IMG/VR virus record: IMGVR_UViG_2816332408_000001
Location: 1-64,000 of that record
Length of the DNA stretch: 64,000 bases
Origin: an uncultured virus (IMG/VR IMGVR_UViG_2816332408_000001)
Lineage: Duplodnaviria > Heunggongvirae > Uroviricota > Caudoviricetes
Direction: 5' to 3' (one strand)
Position 1 is the first letter of the stretch. The number at the start of each line of letters is the position of its first letter. The position numbers and the translations under genes are program-made. The notes under the pieces were generated by a model. It ran no database searches and was not told the DNA's origin. It saw nothing but the letters and a program-made list of their open reading frames with translations. This document shows, in pieces, positions 9,641-17,435 of the stretch.

Positions 9641-9792
9641 CCTATAGTGCTTTCTCGAGTGTTGGGCCATAGCTGGAGCATGTTTATTAGATGCTTCAGA
9701 TGTCGCCCCTACCATGGATTCCATCGGGAGTTCACCCGAATTAAAATGGTGTAACGCTCGGGTGGCGACAAAACATCGATGTTACTTTCCAC

Positions 9793-9828
9793 TTGCGATG
9801 GAGTTATTCGCTTGCTAGAAGGGGTGCA
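9793..9828 (+). promoter_or_regulatory. Rightward promoter for candidate ncRNA
   Basis: TTGCGA-N17-TAGAAG followed by GGGTGCA, the same signature as promoters at 10696, 15048 and 59869(-). Confidence 0.7.
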
Positions 9829-10255
9829 ATGCTTCGGCGTTACCTAATAGGTCTTCCAGTTTGCTTCTGCAGGGGCGCTGGACGCACCGTCTGGCAAGGG
9901 CGGCATAGTGTTAGGTCGTGTTGGAGACTGCCCTCACGGTGGGGGTCCAGGCCAGATAATATACCGTGCGCAAATGTTGAACTAATTTAACTGGATATTG
10001 GTCGTAAAAACCTGATATCTGCAACCGATGGGTCGAGAACGTGCTTCGGCAATGTCAGTAGGCCCATCGGGAGCGTCTTCGGACGTAAGTCGAGGTGTGA
10101 TCAGCCAAGACTTAGATGTGGGTCGCACTACATCTCGGGCTGCCTCCTAAGGCCCGCAAGACTGCATCAGTGCGCGTTGCTGGTGTGGTCATTGGGACAG
10201 CGTGTCCTTTGCCACCTAGTCGGCGTCGGTGCTTCGGTATCGGCGCCGATCCTTT
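9828..10255 (+). ncRNA. Candidate large structured non-coding RNA (~430 nt, ~13 tandem hairpins)
   Basis: Four cUUCGg loops, many plus-strand G-U pairs, upstream promoter, no RBS-led ORF. Confidence 0.7.
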
Positions 10256-10344
10256 GGGTCCGACAAGCCGAGGGGAGGGGCGATCCAGGATATCGGGAGG
10301 CTCGACCGATTTCAGGCGAATTGGTCGATTTATCGGGGCGGCTC

Positions 10345-10605
10345 GTTAACCATATCTGTTAGGGTTACGAACTCGTTAATCATGAATGCCGCGTTAACCG
10401 AAAGCGCGAGGACGATGTTAACCATCTCTTCCTCCATGCACCATTTTAGCACAACTGTCGGATGTATGCAACACATCATGCGTTAAGGTTAACATCTACT
10501 CGATGGGCGTTAACGGTAACAGACATGGTTAATGGGTCTGCCGATGTTGTTAAGGTTAATGGATATGGTTAACCCGCCGGCGATGTTGTTAATCATATCT
10601 GTTAG
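10345..10605. promoter_or_regulatory. Array of GTTAA(C/T)CAT motifs
   Basis: TTAACCAT at 10346(+), 10418(+), 10525(-), 10565(-); TTAATCAT at 10376 and 10589; further GTTAA copies. Confidence 0.75.
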
Positions 10606-10613
10606 TCCGAAAA

Positions 10614-10630
10614 CTGGTATGATTCTTGCT
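10614..10630 (+). promoter_or_regulatory. Sigma54 (-24/-12)-like site
   Basis: CTGGTATGATTCTTGCT, GG-N10-GC spacing. Confidence 0.45.
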
Positions 10631-10695
10631 ACGCGCACGCTTGCGCGCGCAGCTAAAGCGCATCGCAAATAAATGTGCATCGATGCGTTTTGTTA

Positions 10696-10731
10696 TTGAT
10701 TTGTTAGCATCTCGGTCGTAGAAGGGGTGCA
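10696..10731 (+). promoter_or_regulatory. Early promoter
   Basis: TTGATT-N17-TAGAAG-GGGTGCA then AAGGAGG RBS. Confidence 0.7.
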
Positions 10732-10751
10732 GCAACAAAGGAGGTAACAAA

Positions 10752-10883
10752 ATGGAAGCCGAACTTAGCTACTTCGATGGATACCATTTTCAGCACATCG
10801 CAGCCTACCGCGAGATGCAGCGTTTGCAGCGCATCCGCGTAACCGCAATTCGCGCGCTCGATCGACGCACGGTGCGCCGGTGA
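10752..10883 (+). CDS. 43-aa early peptide (MEAELSYFDG...), absent from ORF track
   Basis: AAGGAGGT RBS and promoter directly upstream. Confidence 0.7.
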   Translation: MEAELSYFDGYHFQHIAAYREMQRLQRIRVTAIRALDRRTVRR

Positions 10884-11058
10884 TCACTGTGGTCATCGGG
10901 GTAGCAGTGTTCGCCGCTCAGGTGATCGCTTACCGCTACATCAGCTCGAAGCTGCGCACCCGTGCAGCATACCGCAACCGCCTCGCATCGCTTCGCACGG
11001 TCGAGCACGCACCCCGCGTTGCACCGCAACGCTTTGTTAACCGGCCGGGAGAAGACTA

Positions 11059-11478
11059 ATGGACGCAACCGAACTCAAAGTTCAGCTCGAATACCTTAGC
11101 GCGAAGCCGCTGCTCGTGCTTACCATCGACACCGAGACCCCCGAACTGCGCGGTGCTATATTCGACGCAATCAAGTTCGACGAGCAGTTCTACCTCGAGC
11201 AGCTCACCCCCGAGCNGTTCGCTGAGCTGTTGCCGCGCTGCGACCGCTTGTATATCGACGACACCTGTTGGGACGACCTTAGCGCCGATGAGATTAACGA
11301 CCAGCTAACCAAGTTCGGCGTCGAATACACCTTCAGCTTCGACCAAGTCGATTCGCCACCATTGACCTGTAGCTACGCCGACGCGGTGCAGTTTCTCGAC
11401 GATGCACGCACCCGCAACCCTGCTGGCTTCGAGGTCGAAATCGACGGAGCGAAATGGTCAGTAACCGTTAACCACTAA
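11059..11478 (+). CDS. Acidic hypothetical protein
   Basis: GGGAG RBS, 139 aa. Confidence 0.7.
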   Translation: MDATELKVQLEYLSAKPLLVLTIDTETPELRGAIFDAIKFDEQFYLEQLTPEXFAELLPRCDRLYIDDTCWDDLSADEINDQLTKFGVEYTFSFDQVDSPPLTCSYADAVQFLDDARTRNPAGFEVEIDGAKWSVTVNH

Positions 11479-11581
11479 AATGCGAACCGATGCATTTTTT
11501 GTTTGCATCTGCTCGCAAAATATCGGAAACCACAATTGCAGCAACGCAATAAAGCGAAGCGCACTAGCAAAGGACTACATC

Positions 11582-12127
11582 ATGGTTGAATTTACGAAAG
11601 CTCAGTTCATCGCCAACCTCACCGAGAACGGTGTTGCGATCCCCCGCAAAGCGAACCTCGCTACCCTCACCGAGCTGCACAACGCGCAGTCTGTCGGCCA
11701 GCAGATGTGCCCCGGCTGCGGTATCCACCTCAGCAACGGGCACCTCACCCCCGACGACGAGGCTGCTAACATGGGTGGCGTTACCCTGTGGGAGGCGGGA
11801 CAGCAGCAGATTGAGAATAGCTGCATGGGTTGCGGGCATGAATGGGGTGCGGATCGCGGTGCATACGTCGCGCCCACCAGCACCCCGACCGGTAACGGTC
11901 TCAAGATCGAAAAGGACCGACCCGAACAGAATGGGGTGAAGCGCCCCAGCGTAGGGGGTAAGTGTCGCGCGATCTGGGACGCACTGGACAGCTACAGGGC
12001 TGAGACCGGCGAACTGCCCACCAGCAAGACCGTGAAGGAGCTTGCGGCCGACGAGGGTTGGAATCCCAACAATGCGTCGATCGAATACTACCAGTGGCGC
12101 AAGTTCAACGGTATCGCTAAGGGGTAA
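11582..12127 (+). CDS. Zn-finger protein with C-terminal domain paralogous to 58134-58694
   Basis: CPGC...CMGC; PEQNGVKRP...WRKFNG; AAGGA RBS. Confidence 0.75.
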   Translation: MVEFTKAQFIANLTENGVAIPRKANLATLTELHNAQSVGQQMCPGCGIHLSNGHLTPDDEAANMGGVTLWEAGQQQIENSCMGCGHEWGADRGAYVAPTSTPTGNGLKIEKDRPEQNGVKRPSVGGKCRAIWDALDSYRAETGELPTSKTVKELAADEGWNPNNASIEYYQWRKFNGIAKG

Positions 12128-12152
12128 CACCCCCTAGCACACCCCGACTATA

Positions 12153-12181
12153 TGCACCCCCTGCCTAGCGTAGGGGGTGCA
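12153..12181 (+). terminator. Hairpin after early gene (probable terminator)
   Basis: TGCACCCCCT...AGGGGGTGCA followed by TTGTT. Confidence 0.55.
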
Positions 12182-12404
12182 TTGTTATGACTATGATAAT
12201 AATATATTTGATTAAGATGTGTTAACCATGCGCAGCACATAGATGAGAGCGACATGGTTAACGAGTCGTTCATCATCATCGAGCCGGTCGGGGTAGGGGT
12301 CAATCTTCGGACGTCGCCGGTCGCATCCCAGCAATTTTGACTCGGCCCTATTTTTCGGTTTACATCTGATTCTTCCACCTCCTACCTGTATCTAGACTTT
12401 CCGC

Positions 12405-12433
12405 TTGTAACGCACCCCGGCCTGCCCTATACC
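12405..12433 (+). promoter_or_regulatory. Sigma70-type promoter
   Basis: TTGTAA-N17-TATACC. Confidence 0.6.
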
Positions 12434-12458
12434 GTTAGCAACATCCGCTTAGGAGCAT

Positions 12459-12617
12459 ATGTCGATGAATACTGCCGCACAAGCCGCTCTGCTGATCCGT
12501 TCGCTCATGCGTGACCTCAGCGTCTCCAACCACATCGTCTATCCGCAGGGTGGCAAGGCGGTCGTCAGTGATGTGGTCCTCCGTGACCTGGACAAGCTGG
12601 CGAAGGAAACCGCCTAG
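12459..12617 (+). CDS. 52-aa hypothetical protein, absent from ORF track
   Basis: AGGAG RBS, upstream promoter. Confidence 0.6.
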   Translation: MSMNTAAQAALLIRSLMRDLSVSNHIVYPQGGKAVVSDVVLRDLDKLAKETA

Positions 12618-12651
12618 ATATTGTGGTCAAACAGGAAAAGAGTCCCGACCG

Positions 12652-12924
12652 ATGACACCGCTTGAAATGATCGCTGAATGGGAGAAGGGTTGCACTTGTG
12701 CTGGACCGGCGCACGATGCGATCTTCAAACCGAAGAATCCGACGTCGGCAACTGAGTGTGAACCCTGCACCCAAGGTCTGATTGAGGCGCTGAAGTCGGC
12801 GCTTCCGAAGCACGAGGAGCAGGCATTCCGCGCCGGATGCGAAGCGTTCGAGATGAAGAGCCGCTGGGCGTCGGTTGACGACTTGTGGGAGCAGCACAAG
12901 GAGAAGAACGATGGGAATGCTTGA
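12652..12924 (+). CDS. Hypothetical protein
   Basis: Operon position. Confidence 0.6.
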   Translation: MTPLEMIAEWEKGCTCAGPAHDAIFKPKNPTSATECEPCTQGLIEALKSALPKHEEQAFRAGCEAFEMKSRWASVDDLWEQHKEKNDGNA

Positions 12925-13318
12925 AGACGATCTCAGTCAGTTCCCTCCGCGCTATGAGCGCAAGGTCCATCTGTTCCACGACCAGAAGGGTGCCACGTAT
13001 AAGTCGATGGGCGAGGAACGCCGATATGGCGACACGCTCTGCAAGATGAACAGTCGGGACCCTGAGATCCAGCTGACGACGGAGCCCGGCGAGGTGACGT
13101 GCCGGACGTGTCTGCGGAAGATGGGTCGGGGCGCTCCGGTGATCATGGAGGTCGGTGCGAAGCCAGACATCGTTCGGGTGGTGCGGATCCTCGAGTATGT
13201 CGGCGAGAGGGCGGCGGTCGAGAGGGTGCTCCAGCAGAACGCGGTCAAGGGGTTCGCGGACTTCGGGCCGGTGACGGTGCGCGAGGCGATGCTGCCTTGG
13301 CCGGAGAAGCTGGGATGA
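12911..13318 (+). CDS. Hypothetical protein
   Basis: GGAG RBS, overlaps neighbours. Confidence 0.65.
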   Translation: MGMLEDDLSQFPPRYERKVHLFHDQKGATYKSMGEERRYGDTLCKMNSRDPEIQLTTEPGEVTCRTCLRKMGRGAPVIMEVGAKPDIVRVVRILEYVGERAAVERVLQQNAVKGFADFGPVTVREAMLPWPEKLG

Positions 13319-13680
13319 GCTGGGAGGTGCCTGGAAGCCACATCACTTGCGACCTAGGAGTCGGTTGCAATGAAACAGGCGTCTGCTATGCTATGGCCCA
13401 CGGTCAACCTGACCAATGTGGAGTGACGATTATGGACGGACTGGACCTGAGCCAGATTAAGCCGCTCACGGAAGCGGAGGCAGAAGACTACTTCTCGCGG
13501 CCGACGATCACGGATCGCTACCATGCCGCGCTGACGGAGCTCGAAGGCTGTGGTGCAGGGAACGAGGTTGCGGCGATTCGGCTCTACGTGGCGCACCTCA
13601 AGGCTCAGATCGACAACGCTTACCGTGATGGTCGCGAACATGCGTGGACGCGGCCTGGATTTGGGGAGATGGGTGGATGA
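13315..13680 (+). CDS. Hypothetical protein
   Basis: ATGA coupling. Confidence 0.6.
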   Translation: MSWEVPGSHITCDLGVGCNETGVCYAMAHGQPDQCGVTIMDGLDLSQIKPLTEAEAEDYFSRPTITDRYHAALTELEGCGAGNEVAAIRLYVAHLKAQIDNAYRDGREHAWTRPGFGEMGG

Positions 13681-13898
13681 AATCGGCGTGCTACGTCCCG
13701 GAGGGGCGGCAAGGCTGGTGGGGCGGTCCGGATACGAGGCTGCGCTGCCGGGCCGACGACAAGGTCGTGTTCTTCTCGGAGGCAGATGCCCAGAAGGCGG
13801 CGAATCGTGCCACCAATCGAGGAGATCCGATGATCTTCTATCGGGGAAAGTGCGGGCATCTGCACGTTGCTCGGAAAAAGGTGCGGCGCCATGGCTGA
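13677..13898 (+). CDS. Hypothetical protein
   Basis: ATGA coupling; C..CGHLH. Confidence 0.55.
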   Translation: MKSACYVPEGRQGWWGGPDTRLRCRADDKVVFFSEADAQKAANRATNRGDPMIFYRGKCGHLHVARKKVRRHG

Positions 13899-14229
13899 GC
13901 TTCCGAAGGACACCCGAGCCCAGCTCGAGGCTCAGCAGCAACGCCTCCAGATCCCGGCGAGATACGACGATTTGACGTGGTTCGAGCGGCGCATGGTCCG
14001 TGAGGAGTATATCATTCTCCAGCGCGGGGCGTGCTACTGGTGCAAACAGACACTCCTCCACGACGTTTCGGACGATATCAAGGCGAAATACCCGCTGGAT
14101 CCGAGATTTTGGGGACCTGAGTTCCTGAAGCACCCTGTTCACCTCCACCATGACCACAATACGGGCTTGACTCTTGGGTCGACTCATGCGTATTGTAACG
14201 CAGTCCTAGCCCAGTATTACGGAGAGTGA
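13891..14229 (+). CDS. Endonuclease VII-like His-Me finger protein
   Basis: QRGACYWC...HLHHDHNTG...HAYCN. Confidence 0.75.
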   Translation: MAELPKDTRAQLEAQQQRLQIPARYDDLTWFERRMVREEYIILQRGACYWCKQTLLHDVSDDIKAKYPLDPRFWGPEFLKHPVHLHHDHNTGLTLGSTHAYCNAVLAQYYGE

Positions 14230-14230
14230 G

Positions 14231-14824
14231 ATGGATTCGTTGATTGCCCTGGACGCGCCCGACGATGTAAAGCGTGCCAAGGTTGACGAGCTGCACCGCC
14301 GCCTGAAAGCGAAGGGACGCGGGTGCGGGACGTGTCAGGCGTGCTGCACCATCATGCGGGTCGACATGGAGCCGGTCGGACCGATACACAAGCCCGAGCG
14401 GACGCGGTGTGGTCATCAGTGCTCCGCCGGGTGCAAGATATACGACACGAAGCCTGAGTCCTGTTCGGTGTTCATGTGCCTTTGGCTTGCCATGGAGCTG
14501 TTCGAAGACCGAATGCTCAAGGAGTGGCGCCCAGACAGGGTTGGCGCGGTCGTGGATGTCAACGAGGTCGGCACCATCACGGTCCACCTCAAGCACGAGA
14601 ACCGCTGGATGAAGCAAGGGCCGCTGCGCGATATGCTTCTGTGGCTGGCGCAAGGGCGTAGCATGTTCGATCAGAACGTGTTCGTCGTGCTGGACCGGCC
14701 CAGCGGGAATCACTTGCTGTTCAAGGGGAACGGCCAGACACAAGAGCTGATCGCCTGTGGCGTCGGCGAGGACGGCCTCAAGGTCTTCCGCACACTCACC
14801 GAGGAGGAAATGAATGAGCGTTGA
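14231..14824 (+). CDS. YkgJ-like CxxCxxCC Fe-S/Zn cluster protein
   Basis: CGTCQACC...CKIYDTKPESC..FMCLWL. Confidence 0.75.
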   Translation: MDSLIALDAPDDVKRAKVDELHRRLKAKGRGCGTCQACCTIMRVDMEPVGPIHKPERTRCGHQCSAGCKIYDTKPESCSVFMCLWLAMELFEDRMLKEWRPDRVGAVVDVNEVGTITVHLKHENRWMKQGPLRDMLLWLAQGRSMFDQNVFVVLDRPSGNHLLFKGNGQTQELIACGVGEDGLKVFRTLTEEEMNER

Positions 14825-15029
14825 CCACACTCGAGCGATGCCTGTCGCTCCCGAGCGCCTCGAGCACGTCTGCCAGATGGTGTTCGACAAGGGGTTCGCT
14901 GAGATCGACGGCTATCAGCGGATGGAAATCCTGAAGCTCACCATGCAGGCGGACCAGCTCGAGCAGGCGCAGCTTACGAACTTCTTCCTCCAGGAGGCCT
15001 ACGACATATATAACGCGCGCTTTCGCTAG
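14814..15029 (+). CDS. Hypothetical protein
   Basis: GAGGAG RBS. Confidence 0.6.
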   Translation: MSVDHTRAMPVAPERLEHVCQMVFDKGFAEIDGYQRMEILKLTMQADQLEQAQLTNFFLQEAYDIYNARFR

Positions 15030-15047
15030 GTCGACGCGACTTTCTGC

Positions 15048-15083
15048 TTGCACCCGTCATGGCGTTCGCCCATAAGGGGTGCA
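15048..15083 (+). promoter_or_regulatory. Early promoter
   Basis: TTGCAC-N17-CATAAG-GGGTGCA then AAGGAG. Confidence 0.7.
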
Positions 15084-15100
15084 GCAAAGGAGCAAACGAC

Positions 15101-16231
15101 ATGGAAGACCAGAATATCGACCCCAAGGTTATCGCACGCATCAAGAAGATGCTACACCTTGCGAATCACGGTTCGGCCAACGAGGGTGAAGCGAACAACG
15201 CCGCTGAGATGGCCCAGAAGATCATGATGGAGCATAACATCTCCATGGCAATGGTCGAGGGTGCATCGGTGGACGGTGCGGGTCGCAAGAAGTCCGTCGA
15301 CGAGGGTAACGCCAAGTTCGCGTTCCAGCGGGAACTGATGGTCGCCTGCGCGGAGGTCAACTTCGTCTTCCAGGAAGTCAACTATAACTATCGGGGCACC
15401 TACAAGAAGGCGACCGGATACACCCTGATCGGTCGCGAGGCCAATGTGGTCGCGTGCAAGACCCTGTTCGAGTATCTGTTCCAGACCATCGATCGGCTGG
15501 GGCTGGACTACGTCGGCGGGGATGCGTCGCAGGCGTTCGGTATCGCTGCCAACTCCTTCAAGGAAGGGTGCGCAGCGCGCATCGGTGAGCGCCTGCGGGA
15601 CCGCCACCGAGAGCAGCTCGCTGAGCAGGCACGTCAGGCACGCGAAGCGAACGCTGCCGCGCGTCACCCGTCCTCGACCAGCACGGCGCTTGCTGTGGTC
15701 ATGACAGACTACGCCCAGGACGAGCGTGACAGCAACGAGGATCTGCGCCTTGGCAAGCCCGAGGGGTTCACCAAGCACAAGCGCCTGATGGCAACGAAGC
15801 GCGCTGAGGTTGTGTCCGCAATCGAGGGTGCCATGCGTCCGCTGAACAGCACGGTCGGCGACCGCGACGTCCTGTTGCAGGCTGCTCGTGCAGGGTTCGA
15901 GGCGCTGGTCGCCAACCGCTCCTGGACGGTGGACGACGAGCTCGAGGGTATCTTCGATCAGGAGTTCCGCCGCGAGCTCAACTATCACATGGACGCCTAT
16001 AACCAGAACGTCCGCTGGGCGAAGCTCACCCCGCTGCAGAAGCAGAGGGAGATCGAGAAGGAGCAGCGCGCGTCCGATCGCTACTGGAACGCCTACTATC
16101 GGCGCAACGCCAACCGCCGCGAAGCGCCCTCGGGCGTCAACGCCGATGCATATCACGCCGGCTCGCGTGCCGGTAACAGCGTCGGTCTGGACGCCCAGGT
16201 CGACCGCGAAGTCCGGAAGGAGATCAAGTGA
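15101..16231 (+). CDS. DUF2786-domain protein
   Basis: ARIKKMLHLA...EGEANNAAEMAQKIMMEHNIS; NSFKEG; AYHAGSRAG. Confidence 0.85.
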   Translation: MEDQNIDPKVIARIKKMLHLANHGSANEGEANNAAEMAQKIMMEHNISMAMVEGASVDGAGRKKSVDEGNAKFAFQRELMVACAEVNFVFQEVNYNYRGTYKKATGYTLIGREANVVACKTLFEYLFQTIDRLGLDYVGGDASQAFGIAANSFKEGCAARIGERLRDRHREQLAEQARQAREANAAARHPSSTSTALAVVMTDYAQDERDSNEDLRLGKPEGFTKHKRLMATKRAEVVSAIEGAMRPLNSTVGDRDVLLQAARAGFEALVANRSWTVDDELEGIFDQEFRRELNYHMDAYNQNVRWAKLTPLQKQREIEKEQRASDRYWNAYYRRNANRREAPSGVNADAYHAGSRAGNSVGLDAQVDREVRKEIK

Positions 16232-16425
16232 CCCTGTTCGGTAAAGGGAAGGGCTGGATCAAGGCGCCCATTTCGGGCACCTTGCTTCTGGCCTGCTTCG
16301 CTGGGACGCTCTACGGAGCGGTCACGGGGAATGTCGATCGGATGCTTCTGTGGGGCATCCTCGCTGAGGTCGTCGGGCTCAGGCGCGACCGCTATTTGGA
16401 GACGTTCAATGGCGAAGCTGACTGA
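16228..16425 (+). CDS. Small membrane protein
   Basis: GTGA overlap, hydrophobic segments. Confidence 0.55.
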   Translation: MTLFGKGKGWIKAPISGTLLLACFAGTLYGAVTGNVDRMLLWGILAEVVGLRRDRYLETFNGEAD

Positions 16426-16657
16426 GCCCCAGCGGGAGCGCCTTTGGCACATCATGAAGGGTGCTGGCTGCTCAGACGAGTGGCTCATGGCATGGGGTGA
16501 ATACCTCTGCGACAACGTCGCGTCGCTAATCGAGCGGGAACCTGTTCGTTCCGGACCCGTGCCCAATTCGGTCACGCATCACTATAACCCGCCTCCGGCC
16601 AGCGACTTCGGTGTAGGCTTGGCGATAGGCCTTGTCACTGGGAGCATGTTCGGATGA
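16409..16657 (+). CDS. Hypothetical protein
   Basis: GGAG RBS. Confidence 0.55.
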   Translation: MAKLTEPQRERLWHIMKGAGCSDEWLMAWGEYLCDNVASLIEREPVRSGPVPNSVTHHYNPPPASDFGVGLAIGLVTGSMFG

Positions 16658-17019
16658 ATCGTTATCGGAAATATCGCAGCTACGGCCACTCGCGGCTCAC
16701 CAGCGCACTGGCGGCACCCCCGCTCGGGGTTGTGCTGGCCTGCGCCGTCGCTGTGGGGCTGATCGTTGGCCTTAGCGGGTGCAGTGGTGGCAGGGACGAC
16801 GGCGGTGCCTGGGAGCGCAAGGTAGAGCGCGACATCAGTCAGGATGTTCTGGACAAGGGGACGCTCGCGTGTCGGGACGGGGTGCAATACTTCGTCTTCT
16901 ATAACACTCACGGGCGGACCGTCACCCCGCGCATGAAGCTAGATGGGTCGCTTTACCGCTGCTCCATCAAACAAGAGCCTCAGCGGGTCGTTGAGCAATG
17001 GGAGGCCTACACGCAATGA
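16654..17019 (+). CDS. Putative lipoprotein
   Basis: Basic N-terminus, hydrophobic helix, LSGC lipobox. Confidence 0.6.
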   Translation: MNRYRKYRSYGHSRLTSALAAPPLGVVLACAVAVGLIVGLSGCSGGRDDGGAWERKVERDISQDVLDKGTLACRDGVQYFVFYNTHGRTVTPRMKLDGSLYRCSIKQEPQRVVEQWEAYTQ

Positions 17020-17339
17020 AGTATATCATGCTCGAGACGCCTGACGGCGCTAAGATGCCTTTCATCTTCCCGGAGGCCTGCACGCACGCGGTGATGGCTG
17101 AGCTGATGCGGATGATGCTCGGCCGCTTCCACAACACGACGGGCGCCCGTGTGGTCAGCGCGGGGTTCATCTCGTTGGGGCTGGGAGCTGAGGTCCATGG
17201 CGAGTCCGAATCGCTCGGCGGGTTGAAGTCGGTGCCCGCGGATGCTGCTCGTATCATGGTCGGTGAGTCCCTCCAGTTCATGCCGGACGAAATGGCAACG
17301 ATGATGCTAGAGAAGCTCAGGGAAATGCAAGCTACATAA
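17016..17339 (+). CDS. Hypothetical protein
   Basis: GGAGG RBS; IFP...H...VVSAGF...GESESLG pattern common in phage hypotheticals. Confidence 0.7.
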   Translation: MKYIMLETPDGAKMPFIFPEACTHAVMAELMRMMLGRFHNTTGARVVSAGFISLGLGAEVHGESESLGGLKSVPADAARIMVGESLQFMPDEMATMMLEKLREMQAT

Positions 17340-17435
17340 AGCTACGGCGTGCTATGACAGGTTTGATGTGCGAATTTCCTTGCGTTACAGGCTAGTTGGC
17401 TTTTACCATTTAGCCTGCAACACAAGGAGTTCGAT

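Noticed and set aside
9828..10255. Hairpin series as a CRISPR array, tRNA cluster or tmRNA
   Set aside because: Hairpins share no repeated sequence; no T-loop GTTCRA with cloverleaf and no tag frame seen
9793..10486. Short ORFs 9793-9990, 10116-10349, 10177-10362, 10229-10486 as genes
   Set aside because: No RBS, atypical composition; the sequence is better explained by RNA structure and motifs
10345..10605. Canonical full CtrA boxes (TTAA-N7-TTAA)
   Set aside because: Observed spacing is N9; only half-site matches are supported
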